From: Lama guanicoe
Lineage: Eukaryota
Assembly: GCA_013239625.1 (NCBI GenBank)
Contig: MU053652.1
Coordinates: forward strand, 5,447,902-5,511,901
Direction: 5' to 3'
DNA length: 64,000 nucleotides
The translations under genes and the position numbers were made by a program. Below, piece after piece: positions 35,014 through 48,884 of this stretch. The notes beneath the pieces were generated by a model, which saw only the letters and a program-made list of their open reading frames with translations, had not been told where the DNA came from and made no database searches. Within the stretch, counting starts at the first letter, position 1. Every line of letters starts with the position of its first letter.

Positions 35014-37414
35014 TTCTATTTCGCCATAGAGGAATAAACATAACTCATAATTTCCAGCAATGTACATTGGTACTAGCCTTTGAGCTTCAACCTACATTAA
35101 ATTTATTTCCACTTCAGCTGTATAACAGGAAAGAGAAAAATTCAAAGATAATTTTCACTTATGTGTATAAATGATCTCTGAAATGGCAGCTGAATCTGCT
35201 CTCTCCAGAGAGTATGTAGACTCAGAGGAGATGAGCCCTCATACTTCTCGAAATCAGGGCTGTTCCTTCCATAGTTCATTTATGTCTAGATGAGCTGTTT
35301 TGTTTTTGTTTGCGTGTTTTGTGTTTTACACCTTGACCTGGGTGGCCATAGGGCTGTAGTGTCACTGGCTTTGCAGCACACACATGATCACTGCTTTTCA
35401 TACGGTCCCCTCGTCAATCAGATGATGTACACTACTGGCACTACATGTTGAGTTTAACTTAAACAAAAGATGGTTAAACTATCTTCAAAAATCTTATCCT
35501 TTGTAGCATCTCAAAGCCTATGGGTCTATATGGAAGGATAGAGTTTGTTAAAGTTATCAAGAGGTACAATGTGAATAGAAGGAATAGGATGCGGAAAGAA
35601 TGATTTCCATGCTTAGGGTGCTTGGTAGACCAGGACAAGAGCAAGCACACCTCACCTGAACGCAGGATGAGAGTTTGTGTTTGCCTCAGAGGCTTACTCG
35701 GCCAGACTGCTCCCAGCTGAATAAAAGAGCGTATCGTGGTGTGTGCAGCTTCCGCTCACAAACTTGCACGCTCTTGGAGGTTGGCTTCCACGCTGCGCCG
35801 CAGCAGAATTCACTGGCACGGCCAAGTTCCATGAAGGCCGAGTGAGGTGCAGGTGACCAGAGAAGAGTAGAATGTGGAAAGCACTGGTGGTCAGCCCGCT
35901 GCCTTCTTTGCGTGCGGTTCAGATGTGGGCCTTGCCAGAATTCTATGGGAGCAAAACTTTTGGGACTCCGAGGGAGCTGAGGATGGGGGGCTGTTCTGTC
36001 CCTCACGGGTACCGAATGATTCCCAGGTTATGATTGAAAAAGCAATACATTCCATGTGGAAGGACATGGTCAACATAGTATGGGTTGAATGCTTATAAGA
36101 AATAATTATTTCAATAAAGAAAAATGTAACCCCAGGCTTGATAGAAGAGGTCTATTGGAACGCTCATGCTGCACATGAAGAGAATCCAGTCTGTACTAAG
36201 AAATTTAACAGAATTTGAAAGAAAAAGTAGGATTGCCCTATAATTTGTCTTGTCTGGTTGTTTAGAAGTCGGCCAGCTTCCTCAGGGCCCAGGAATAGGC
36301 CTAAACTGACCAATACACCCTCAGTCCTCTGTGAAACTTTTCTGGTTAAAACAATACATTTCCTGATCAGGGAAAAAAAAAACTCTTCAAAAATGTTATT
36401 CTGTGATTCAGCATTGAGAAGTTATTATGTTCAAAGAAAGGCTGAGGAACAGAGTACTAGGACAACATTTGATGTTAGTGATCAGGAATTCACTGTTGGA
36501 GGAATAACTAAAATTCTCTACTTTCTTGTAAAGCAAAACCAAGTGCTCCATGGTTCTTAAGGGAGGAAGTCCCATTAGCAGATGAGGCTATGGTATGTTT
36601 CCTCCCCAGACATGTGCAGAAGGGCTCTGTATTGCGGGCCAGGCAAGACCCCTGAAGGCAGAAAAATCACATCCCTTAGACAAGGGATAGAGTTTTAAAG
36701 CAATGAGAGAAGCCAGTAGGGCCAGTGACGCCTAGTACAGGCCTATCATTAAGGCATCAAACATGAATTTCTCAGAAACTTCCTGCTATCTTTGACTAGT
36801 AACTCCTTACCTTCCAGCAACATGTGATTTAGTTGAGGGAGAAAATTAAACTATGAGTTTACTTAAAGTGGCAAGGCTAATAAAACCTGGGCATTCTTTG
36901 ACTGGTCTGGAAATTATATTGCCAATGCAAAGGTTCTATAAACTATCAGATCTGGTGACTATCAGCTCACTTGACACCTTTTTCTAAATATAAAAATAAT
37001 TATTTTAATAAGTATGAAATAAAAAATCCAAATGATAAGAAAGCAGTGTTACTTCTTATTAGTACATAAAACAGTGGAATCCTGGGTTCTGAGAGATGTG
37101 CTCTTTTTTTTTTTCTGGAATCCTGAGTCAGCACAGTGTCAGGCACCCTGAGGGTGGCCAGTAAGAGGCTGTGGGCCGGCTGGAAGGGTGCATGGTGCAG
37201 TGGCCCCGGAGCTCAGTTTCTCACAGGCATGCAGGTGGGTTCCCTGTGGCTCTGTGGATTCCTATTAAGCTTTGAATTTGCTCCAGTTATTTCGCATACT
37301 AACCTGCGAGGACTTGTGGGCCTTATGGGAGGACACTTAGTTATCCAGAAGAAAGGAGAGGCAGTGACTCCAAGTGTGACATCTTTTCTCTTCTAGCACC
37401 AGCCCTGGGAGGTG

Positions 37415-37620
37415 ATACAGCAGGAAGGTTAAAACCATGGATGTCAGAGTCAGGCAAGTACAGGGGGTACCGATGACTTGGTGTGTGGCCTCAATGGAAT
37501 GACTGTCTAAGTCTCAGTAGCATCATCTGTAAAATGGTAATAATAGAGGAGTTCCTGTACAATGGGGTCATGTGCTTAGCACAGCATCATAACAAGTGTC
37601 CAGTGAGTAACGCTATTATG
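37415..37620 (+). mobile_element. MIR SINE
   Basis: gtctcagtagcatcatctgtaaaatggtaataatag...gtgcttagcacag. Confidence 0.75.
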
Positions 37621-37699
37621 AGCATTAAAGATGGAAAGAATGACTTTTTTCCCCCTCAGCATTATAGGAGGGGAAAATGGGTGGAAAATTATGTGAATT

Positions 37700-38850
37700 A
37701 ATTTTAGCCACCAGAATGGCTACATCTGTAAAAACCGGCAATACCTAACACTGGTGAGCGTACAGAACAACCAGAACTCTCTTATGTTCATTGTTGTTTG
37801 GAGTGTAAACTAGTTCAATGACTTTGGGAAAAAAATCTGGCAGTTTCTTATAAAATTAAACATATGTCTACCAAATGACCCAGAAATTTCATTCCTAGGT
37901 ATTTACTTAAGGGAAATTAATTGATATGTCTATCCAAAGATACATAACTTGCACAAGTATGTTAATAACAGCTTTATGAATAATAGCTGAATATGGGAAA
38001 CATCTTAGGTGTTCTTTAAGAGGAGAATGGATAAACTGTGATATGTAAGATGCAATGGAATATTACTCAGCAATATAAAGGAATGAACTTCTGGTACTCA
38101 CAAAAACATGCGTGTATCTCAACAACATTACACTGGATAAAAGAAGATGCCTTACAGGAAAAAATACATAAAGTACATTTCTATTTTATTATTTTTAAAA
38201 TTTTACTTATTTATTTTTTATTGAAGTATAGTCAGTTTACAATGTTGTGTCAATTTCTGATATATAGCATAATGTTTAAGTCATATATATATGTATATAT
38301 ACACACATTTGTTTTCATATTCTTTTCCATTAAGCATTGTTCCATTTAAGAAAAAGTTTTAGAACAGGCAAAACTGATCTATAGTGCAAAAATCAGAACA
38401 ATAGTTGCCTCTAGTGCAGGGGATGGGTTTTGTCTGGAGGGGAGCCTGAGGGAACTTTCTGGGATGATGGTCATGTTCTGTACCTTGATGAGGGTTTGGG
38501 GTAGACAGGTCTTTGTCAACATACAATAAATGGATTAAAATTTGTACATTTCACTGAATGTAAATTTTATATCAAAAAGAGAAAAGAACTATAAATAAGT
38601 ATGGAACTCTTGTTGATGGTATGCATACTGAATGTTTGGGAGCAAAGCATACTGATGTCTGCAGCTTACTTTGAAATGCATCAAAAATAAGACAGATTAG
38701 TGGATGGGTAGAGGGATGGAGAGATGGATCAATGTGTTATAATGCAATGTAGTAAAATGTTAATTGTCAAATTTACAATATACAAGTGTACATTGTACAA
38801 TTATTTAAAATTTTCTGTATGTTTAAAAAGTTTTGTAATGAAACGGCAGG
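37700..38850 (+). mobile_element. L1ME-type 3' end
   Basis: ccagaatggcta...tggcagtttcttataaaattaaacata...gacccagaaatttcattcctaggtattta...tggaatattactcagcaat. Confidence 0.88.
38185..38335 (-). mobile_element. Younger lineage-specific L1 3' end nested in the old L1
   Basis: tttttattgaagtatagtcagtttacaatgttgtgtcaatttctg...ttttcatattctttt. Confidence 0.75.
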
Positions 38851-39574
38851 AAAATATGGCATATTTACACTTGTCCCTCTCCCTGGAGTTGGGAGGTCAG
38901 TCCTCGGGTTGGGCCTGCTACTCTTCAGTTTTCCTTCTTCCCACGGAGGTCTAGTTTACCCAGTCTTTGCTTTGGAGGTTTGATTTCTGGTATTTCCTAT
39001 GCACTCTGCAGCATTTGAATGCTCTGGGTGGTCTGGCCTCTCAGCTTCTCAGGAACTGATGGCAGTTCCTTGGGTCACTTAAATTCCTGTCCTCAGTCGA
39101 TCTCACTTGTGTTTCCTGGAGTCTCCTGAATTTTCCGAGGGCTGCCCTGCATGGCTGGTTCTGCCTTTGCTGCCCACCGACGTCACCTAAGAGGGCTGGT
39201 GGAGGGAAGAACCAGGTACTCCCTGGTTGCTTAGTCTATTCAATGCCCTTCTTAATGAGTGTGTGTAAGTGAGTGCCTGATGGTGTTATACATGGTGGCA
39301 TCTCTTTTTGCTCGAAAAATTGGAATATGATCTCTATCTCACGAGGAGTAGGGGCTGGGCTGTTTTTATTGTTTATATAGTGTGAAGGACACCTATCTGG
39401 AAGGGAGGCAACCTGACTTTTCACCCTGCTTTTTGTTCCACTAATTTTGGCCATATAACCCTTTTTGAATCATTTACCTTCTCAGCTTCAGCCCCTTAAT
39501 CTATGAAATGAGAGACTGGATTAAATATTGTGTAAAGATTGCTTCAGTCCTCAAATTCTGGGTCCATGTGTTTA

Positions 39575-39810
39575 GATCAATGACTGGGTTCAAAATCTGC
39601 CTTTCCACTTATTAATTATGTGACCTTATGCAAATTACTTACACTTTTTGAAACTTGAGTTTCCTTATCTGCAAAATGGGAATAATAATAACAATAAAGA
39701 TTTATCTCTTAGAGACTTCCTTAAGGATTAAAGTAAATAAAGCATATAGAGAGCTTATGCATCTCTAGGCACACAGTAAACAGTCCAGTGTTGGCTGCTA
39801 CCACTGTCAT
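39575..39810 (+). mobile_element. MIR SINE
   Basis: ctgggttcaaaatc...tgtgaccttatgcaaattactta...gtttccttatctgcaaaatgggaataata. Confidence 0.88.
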
Positions 39811-42439
39811 CCTGTTACCACTTCTCTTACTGCTTCTCCTCCCCCTCACCACCAGCGTGAACTGGAAAGCTACCACAAATATGTTTAAAAGTAATATATT
39901 TGGAGCTTCAAATCCTCCAAAGGCTTCATGTTTCTTTTTCTCTCTTGGAGACTGTTTGTTTGTTTTCAGTTTAAACAAAGCTTAAATATTTTCTCTCTGA
40001 TTTTCTAGATATATTTGCATGTAACTTTAGGGGGTGTGCCCTTTTATTTTTTAGTCATATTGATTTTTCAGAAAGGATATGATGTTAAAAATAAGGATCC
40101 CCTGTAATTTCACTTTCTCTTCGTGATCTTTCATCTTCTCAAGGGAAAAATCTTCATATTCTTTCTTCTCCAAGTCATAAGGACTAAACTGAAAAATCAA
40201 TTCTTCCTAAGAAAGGAGAAAAAGAGCTATTACTAAGAAGTAAAGAATAGTCTGAGGATGGCATGATCAATGGGACCATTGGAGATGCGGACAGTTCCTT
40301 ACTGAAAACTCAGCCATCACCTCAGGCTGTTGCTGATGACCATCTATCCCCATTGGAATCAATCCACAAAAATATGGGCAAGTACCCATCAGCCTCGGCT
40401 CTTGGGATCGCTGCCTTTTGCTTTTCACTCTTAAAAAGAGAACGACTAAGAATATTAATCTCGTTAGATAAATGCAATTAAAAAATAATTCTAGCATAAG
40501 GCATAAACTGCTTTTAGCTATCCAATATTCTATACTAATTAGAAACAGGTAACTAGAACTTTTAGAAGCCAGAGAACACAACTTTTAACCTAAAAGATGA
40601 ATTATATTTATAGCAAAAATTATAATAAAATTTCCAAAATGTTAGCAGCCTAGAATAATGAGTGAAAATAAGATAGTCATGTTTAATCAATAGTCTCTGA
40701 TATAATTAATGTTTGTCTTGAAGCAATCTGCCATCTCTTCAAGGAACTTGTGGGAAATAGGGGCACAGAAGAGAGAAGTCTGTAATGTCCATAGTTATAA
40801 CATGGGTGCCAAACCTTCCTGTAAAACCTTAGTGTGCAGGGTTCCTTTGGCTGCCACAAGAGGCAGCTGTGTATCCAGGAGCAAGCAGGCTGACCACCTA
40901 CTCTTTCTCTTAAGCTCATTTCTAAGTCTCAGGCCTCACCACCAATGGCGAGGGAAGGCTGTTAAGAGCAAGCCGGCCCCTGGACCCCTCGCTAGGCCTT
41001 GTCTGGCTGGCACAGAAGTTCCTGGGCTGGGAGGGAGATTGCATTTCAACTTGGGAGATTCCCAGACCCCAAGTTTCCCGCAGTTCACTAGACACAACTG
41101 GAAGTAAAGAAAACATGGGGCGGGGTGAGTGGTGGAGATAAAGGTGGTACCCAAGAGCCACGTAGCTGTGGCTAGGCTGCTGCATCCTGAGACTTAATCC
41201 CATGGCCCAGTCAGGGAGAAGGGTTGCAGCTAATGCTGTTCCTGACACCGCCCTGGGCACTTGCCCAGCTTGCAGGTGAAGCGGCTCGGTGAGTCAACTT
41301 GGGAAGGGGCGACCGAGAAAGTGAAGCACAGGCAATTCCACTCCCACTACCTCTTTGCCTTTTTTTTTTTGTGGCTCCCCCAGGAACTTGAGAGCGATGG
41401 TGGCTGTGTTCTGAAACGGACCCCCAGAAGGGCCTCAGAGAAGAAGCCACAGAACTTCTCTGACAATCAGCCTGGGGAGGCTCTCTCCAGGCAGCGTTGA
41501 GGCTGAAAAGGGCCCCCGGGTTCTGTTACCGCTATCGCTAGGGCATCAGGTTGGGAACACCAGCATCTTTTCTGAGGAGGCTGACAAAGGTGTAACTTAT
41601 ACAGATTTATAAAAGTAACAAATATGAGGGTTTTTTCTTTTATAAAAGATTCAATATAGAGTATCTTTAACAAACAAACTTCCCAAGTACAGTTTAGTCA
41701 GTTTACAACTAGCTTTTCAAGAATAAATGTATATCACATATGGCAAGAATTATTCCTATGAGATACTTGTTTTGAAAGCATACTTTAGGTCTTGGTGGAA
41801 AAAAAAAAACCTACCAATAAATCAAAATGCGGTACCAATGTGTTTCAGAGAAGTCAAATCAAACCTGGTTCTAACCACAGATGTAATATCTAGACCAGTT
41901 TTCCTACGGACATAGTCTACCAGCAATCAGAATGAGGTGAGATTCTTTTGGCAAACCAGTTATATAATAGGAGGGTTTGTGTTAGACCCAGAAAAAGGAC
42001 AGGTGACAGCAGATTTCCGATATTATTCCCTTATTTCTAAAAGCCAAGTCAAGTCAATAATCTTTTTTATAAAGGAATATTGATGTCTTTTATTTTACTT
42101 TTTGAGAGTTATTTTATTGTTCAGCAGCACATTCATGCTGTTTGAGACTTTAATCAGAATGCTTATGTTTCACCATTAAGCAGGATACAAGTTATTGGTT
42201 TTGTTATGTGTGTATTATTAACTTTGTTGAATTTCTAAAACATCAGGATGTTATGCTTTTTTGTTTTTTGGTTTTTTTAGTTAAGAAAATGTTGGGCAGT
42301 TTTAATTAACGTCATTTTGTGTACACCTGTTGAGTCAATACTCTGTTATTTGTTGCCTACCTTCGCCCATTATGCTAGGGAGTAGGGAATAGAAGACAAT
42401 CCCTAATTTCAAAGAGTTCTAAGCTTGTTAAAGGCTGAG

Positions 42440-42645
42440 CTTAAATATGGTTTATAAATGGATTCTAAATTTACTAGCTTGGTGACCTTATGTAATCTAT
42501 GCCTCAGTTGTCCCATCTATAAAAGGGACTAATAATGGTGATTGTCTCATAGGGCTGCAAGAATCAAATGAGCTAATTTATGCAGAGTTATTAGACTAGT
42601 TCCATGATCATAAATAAATGCTCAATAAATATTCATAAGTATTAT
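42440..42645 (+). mobile_element. MIR SINE
   Basis: tactagcttggtgacctt...gcctcagttgtcccatctataaaa...tgctcaataaat. Confidence 0.85.
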
Positions 42646-44414
42646 AAAACAGAACATTAGATTTTGTGAAAGAAGATGACATGAAAGGCTCTTAATTGGG
42701 TTAAAGCCGCTGCCTGGGTATGGAAGGCAGTTAAACTACTCCTTTCAGAAAGAATCTACATTTTGCAGTTGTTAAGATTAAATATAAGTCTGTAAAATGA
42801 AGCATTTCATATTGTGTTCCTTAAGTTAAATAGTATACACCAGAGACCCCAGTCTTTACCCAATCACTCTCACCTTGGGAAAGGACACTCAGTGGAGAAG
42901 AACTTGGTTCAAGCCCCAGGACTGTCGTGATGAAGACGCTGTCCCTGGATCCCTAGTCTGTACCTCACTGTCACACTGGACACGTGACTGGGAATAAGTT
43001 CTCTGTTGTCTACCGCGAATCAGGAACACAAGTTGATTACTAATCCCCTTTATTTCAGTTTCCCAAACAAGCATGTGTGATTAGGTTTTTCTAAAAATTT
43101 TGCTACAAGTATTCTATGAGAACAGACAGGATACAATAAATGGGGAAATTCTACAGTTAAAAAGCAAAAGCCTGAAGTTTTACAAGGTTGAAATGTCCCT
43201 CTTGAGGCTGACTAGGAAATTTGAATCCCCAGCCTGCAGCTGAAAGAGAGGTGAGAAGGAGATATCTGAGAAATACTTAATAAGTGTTTTGTTTGTGACA
43301 GGTATGATATTCACATAGTTACAAAATTCAAGTGGTCAAAAAAAAATAGAGATCTTTAGAACAAAATGAATAGGGAAAAAGTAAACTTGCCAATTCAAAG
43401 GAACTCAATCACTGTTAAATAGAGTCCTCCTTCCACCTCTCCTCCCTTGGCTGTTATCTCCAAGGGGCTTATCCATCATTCTGGCATCTGGGGAGGCTGT
43501 CTGGGCTGTCTCGTTCCTCCATAGACGTCTATGCTTTTGTGGCTTATCATCTGTTCTCATAGGCACAGCCACACATGGCACATGCTCCCCAGAAGCTCAG
43601 CATCTCCCTCACCAGATTTGGTCCCAACCATGGTTCTTGTTGGGACTTGCTATTCTGATAGTCAGTAACATCTTCTAGGTCCCTGCTGGTCCATCTGCAG
43701 CCTCACCTGGGAGTCAGATTGTCTGGGACCACAGTTACCCCTTAGTAGCTTTGCTGGCTTTCAATCCTCAGCTGCCTTTTATGCCTTGCTGGGTTTCTTG
43801 GAGTCTCCAAGAATTGAGATGAGGGAGTGATGTTCATCTCAGACCTAAGAGCCTGGTCCTGCTTCCTTTATCTTTGTTTTCTCGGCTTTGTTCCCACCGA
43901 ACAGCCAATGCGCACAGCTGAGCCACATTTTCTGGCCATACCACCTCCACACCAGCCCGGGAGGGAAGTGAAGTTCGAGAGATTCTTTATTACCTAGAAT
44001 CCCAGAGAACTATAAGACCCCTGCTGCGTGGCCACTAAGGTTTGCTGTATGACCATAACAGCCTTTTTAAGAAGATAAGTTTTAAAAAAAAAATCAAAAC
44101 AGTGGAAAATCTAACTATTGTTTGTTTGTTTGCCACTTTTACTTCTGTAATCTAAGGAAACAAACTTAACCATCTGAATTTAAAGGTATATTTTTTAAAA
44201 GAGGAGCTAGAAGGTCAAGGTTAACCTCCTCTATCTTACTTAGGAACTCTAAGTGTATGATGAATCTTTGCAAGTACTACCTCCATATATTGTGTCCTCT
44301 GAGTTCATGTCAGTAGAGTCCCTTACTGGTGAGATGCCCTCATGTGAGCCCTGTTTTATTATTCTGGGAACTGTAGCTGCTGCCATGGGGAGGAGAGAAG
44401 GGAAGAGACCTGAT

Positions 44415-44640
44415 ATATATTGAGTGCCTAATATGTGTGAGCTGCTTGCCGTGCTTAACATTTGTTACCTCATTTATTATCCCCAACAGCTTTGTAAGGT
44501 CTGTATAATTATGCCATTTTACAGGTGAGGAGAAGGAGGCTCTGGGAACTAATCCGACTGCATCAAAGTAACACAGCCAGTAAGTAGGATTTGAATCCAG
44601 GACTGTCTGATTCCAAAGCCTGTGATCATTTCGTTATGTA
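44415..44640 (-). mobile_element. MIR SINE
   Basis: tattgagtgccta...ccattttacaggtgaggagaaggaggct...ggatttgaatccagg. Confidence 0.88.
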
Positions 44641-46934
44641 CATGGTCTTGAGTGGCCCCAGTGAACCACCTTATTGCAGAGTCCAGTGCATAGTGATATT
44701 TTAGCACAACTTTGGAAAAATATTAGTCTCCCAGTCCTACCTGGAGCACAGAATTCATGTTAGCTCTCTTCTATTCGTGGTATTGCCCACCCATTCTCCT
44801 GGACCTTCTCACCAACTCTTATCTTTTAAATACTAATCTAAGCCTCCATGCACAGCAAACACAGTGTCACATCAAACAGGCTTATCTATAGACATCACCA
44901 AAGAAAGTTAGCAACAGTTCTTTTTAGGCTTGTTTTTAAATTAGGTCACTGATGTTTCTAGGTTAATGGCTAGACTTACTTCAATAACACCTATTACACA
45001 ACAATACCTCTTAAACATATTTAGTTTCTTCAGTGCAGCATTTATACTGATTGTCCCCCCCACAACTACTGACCTCTCAATCCTGTCAAATTTTTATTAC
45101 CAGCAAATGGTTGACTTTGATACATTACATCATAAAGGACACACACACTTATACTGCTCTGAAAACAAATGCTATCTGCATAGATGAACTCTGGTAACAT
45201 CTTTTTAAATAGATTGATAATTATTTGATTATCATTTGATAGTAAAATTAAGTCAAAGAGAAAATTACCTTCAATCATAACCTTTTTAGCATTTATGTGC
45301 TATCCACATAAATGAACTTTGATGTCTTTTATTTTAACATGGATAATGCCACTTGTAGGTGGCAGTGCCTCCAGAGATATTTCTTAAAGCAAATGGTAAA
45401 TTGTGAGTTATTTTTGATGCATGGTCTGTAAAGTTAATTTATGTGTTTATTCCTTGTTTCATTCATTTGGTTAGTTATTTTGTTTTCAAAAGGCAATCAT
45501 GGTCTAGAAATATAGTACAAACTTTAGTCAAACAACCAAGCAAACTATTAGGACTCTTCTAATAAAATGGTTACCATTAAACAGCTAGGTCATTCGATGG
45601 GCTTGGAATGCTTCTTCTAAAATCCTGGACTAAAGTTGTAAGGTGCAAGCATAAAAGAAAACACCACTCAGGCTCTTTGGAAGTTTGTTTCTCCTTAGCT
45701 CAAGATTACCAAGGAAAGGACAAAAAGTGGTGGGACTGGCCCATGGTGAAACACACACCACTGAGCTGTCTGACAAGGAGACACTTCCCAACTGCATTCT
45801 TTAGGCAAAGCAAAGCACTGTTAAACACATCTGTACATAGAAGTACTGCAGGGTGGATCTTCAACCGGGGAGTCAGATGACCATAATCTGGAGAAGCATA
45901 CTTCTTCTCTTCACCACTCAGACTCTTCTTGTGTTGATTTTATATATAGTGTCTAGGTTCCTCATAGAGCTTTTCGGAGGAATGGAGAAAAATATGTAGT
46001 CCGTATTCCTGGAAGCAGCAGTCTTCTAAAAACTTTTTAAAAACAAAAATTATTATCTGTTTCAAGCACTGAGAGACTAACATGCTTCTTAAAGCATATA
46101 TTAGGGAGTGAAAAGTCTTGTTTTCTGGTAAAAGGGCCAGTAGTTACACAGCTTTCCACGGAGCAGTAGGCTATCCATAATAAGCCATTTCATTAAAAAA
46201 TGCTAAATACTTACATTGCCTGTTGCTTAATTTAAATAACAGCATATGGCTATAGTCTGTCTTGAACACACTAATGGTAACTAATTTTAACACGTTATTA
46301 TTCATGTGTTTTCTCTTGTAACAGAAGGAAAGAGCGTCTGCTCTCTCTGTTTCATAAATGTGGAGACCAAGAGCAGGGCCAAGCCTGTTCACATGCTTCC
46401 CTGCGTCTTCCCTGCTCATCCTCCATCCTCTGACTCCTGAATAGCAAAGCCCCCTAACACATAGGGTTCCCGCTGTAGCTGTCCCCACAACAAGAAATAC
46501 AAATTTAAAAAGAGCCCAGGGTTCTTGGCCTTCCTGTCCATCTGATGGTAGCAGAATTATGGAATCAATAGGCCCTGAATTTGCAATATTCTGGACAGAA
46601 AATTCTTCAACCTTCTCATCACTTTCCATTCCTTACAAAAATAAAATGTAGGGGATGTAGTTAAATTTTTCTGAAAACCTCTCAGGAGACAGGATTGAGC
46701 TGAGAATTTTTAAGGGACAATTTAACTTCTTCTTTTTTTTTTTTTTAATGTTTCATTTGAAACAGGGTATTAGCGTGTCTTCTGTTCTTTCCCTCACAGT
46801 AGCAAGTAAATAATTTACTATTTTGGTTTATCAGTGATTATACCCCAAATTATATTTCAATAATAGAGAGTTTATCCAATAGTTTAGTCTTTTGAGATTG
46901 TAAACTATTCAAGTCTTGTAGTTCAAATTAAACC

Positions 46935-47110
46935 TTTAAGCATTCATCTCCTATCTGTAGTGTGCTATAAACTGAGGGAGATAAAAACAAACAGGGTATA
47001 TCCTTGCCTTCCAGGGGTTCATAGTCTGGTAGGAAAGAGAGATGTGCAACTATTGAAATAATTCTGACACCAAGAAAGTTGGTAAATACCGTAAGAGTGG
47101 TGAAAATTAC
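46935..47110 (-). mobile_element. L2 3' fragment
   Basis: tccttgccttccaggggttcatagtctggtagg. Confidence 0.55.
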
Positions 47111-47224
47111 AATAGAGAAAATGATTGTATGATTTACTATAAAAATAAATGCTTCCAATTCACTATGTTACAGTCTCAACACTGTAAAGGTAGAAGGATG
47201 TTTAGAAGCCATCTAGATGACAAA

Positions 47225-48280
47225 TCTCTCATGTACAAGATTAGTCTTGAAAATCTAGTCATGCCAAATAGTAAGACGGCCAGTAAAGACTGCTACAGTA
47301 GTGTCAGAAGGAAGGACTTGAAGAGGAGTGGACTTGAAGAGGACTCCACTGGCCAAAAATGGAACAATGTAAGCTTTATTAGGAAATTCAGTGAACTGAA
47401 ATCCATATAATGTATTTACATTAACGAGTTCATAATGATATAAAATTAGAGGCAGACAGGGAACTCATTCATTATCATAGAATTCCTTTTCTTTTCTTAA
47501 GGGGGAAGAATCAAACATATCCTATACAAACTATGCTAGTGGGTACACTGGTAACTAAATAGTGGATGTGTTAAGCATCTAATTATAAAAATACTCTATC
47601 TAATAAATGAAGATAAAATGCAGAAATAGAGTAACACTGTTTTACTGTTCCCAGTAACTTCATAGGTCTGGCAATGAGCATCAGTGGCTATTAACATCAC
47701 AAAAGGAGAGTCAGCGTGACCACCTATAGACTTACCAGAGGCACTGAACCTGACTCTGATCAAGCCTCCCCAGATCCAGTTGCCAATTTGCAGGGCATAC
47801 AGAGGGCAGAGCAATGTGCTGAACTGCACCACGAGTGAGTGTGCAGCCGGCAACATCCAGACAGCGGGAAACCAGGCCAGATGGTGTGAATTCTCCATCA
47901 GATAAAATGTAAGGAAAAGGAAAAAAAAAAATGGAAGGGAAAAATCTGTAGATTGAAAGAAATTTGAGAGACATTTTAAAGTTTTAAAAATGGGGAAGAC
48001 TAAACTATTGGGTCTAGCGATACACACATGGGCATGGAAAAAAAAAAGAAATCTGAGGTGGTGATAACTATAAAAGGTAAGACAGAATTTACTTTTGGAG
48101 GGAGGGAGGAGGCTGTGATTGGGCAGGGCACATGGATGGGCTTCTGGAGTGGCTGGCAGAGGGCAATTCTTGACCTGGATGTTGGTTACAGGAGTGTTTA
48201 CTTCATTGTCCATTCAGCTATATACTTGTTATGTGTGGTTTTCTGTACCTGTGTTTCATTTTACCATTAAAAGCTAAAAG
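47225..48280 (+). mobile_element. L1MC-type 3' region
   Basis: ccactggccaaaaatggaacaat, gagttcataatgata, ctgaacctgactctgatcaagcctc...cttgacctggatgttggttaca. Confidence 0.75.
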
Positions 48281-48416
48281 GAAATTCTACACGGCCCATG
48301 CTTTCTAAAGCCTAAGCCAGCCCATCAGTCTCAGAGTATTAACTCTTCTCTGCAAATTCCATTCTGTGTCTATTTCTCAATAGCTCAGCTCATGCATAAA
48401 CTGGCCCTAATAAGCA

Positions 48417-48548
48417 GATTGATCACACATTCCAGTTTGCCAGGGACAAGTCCCAGATTTTGTCTGAGGTCCTGGAGTCATTATTAACAGTGTTGCATTT
48501 CTTTCTCAGCAGTGTCTCAGTTTGGACAGTAAAGTATACGGTCACTCT
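48417..48548 (-). mobile_element. MER94-like hAT-Blackjack MITE
   Basis: Reverse complement agagtgaccgtatactttactgtccaaactgagacac...ctgttaataat...gggacttgtccctggcaaactgg. Confidence 0.7.
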
Positions 48549-48884
48549 GCTAGTAAATAACACTTTCTCTTTTCTGTCTAGATTCAGACTTACTGACAGA
48601 TAGTCCAGGAATCAGACTGATAGAGAGCAAAATGTCCGCTTAATAACTGATAAAGCTGTAGGGGAATGTAACTTTCAGTCTTGCTAATTTTTTGGTCCAG
48701 AATTAGTCAGATTAACCCGCCTGCTGCAGGCAGCACTGCACCACCCCCCACTGCTCCCCTCCCCCTCCCCAGAGGGACCTGCCCCATCATGGAACAGCAG
48801 AGGGATGAAGGGGGGGGGCGGTGGTGGTGGAAAGAAAGGCCCAGGAGGATTGCTTTAGTGGTGCTTCCTCCAGTTCTTGGGTCC

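Noticed and set aside
46171..46629. 152-aa minus-strand ORF
   Set aside because: No recognisable homology, codon pattern or exon context; compatible with chance.
47596..48213. 205-aa minus-strand ORF
   Set aside because: It is antisense to an L1MC 3' region and has no recognisable domain.
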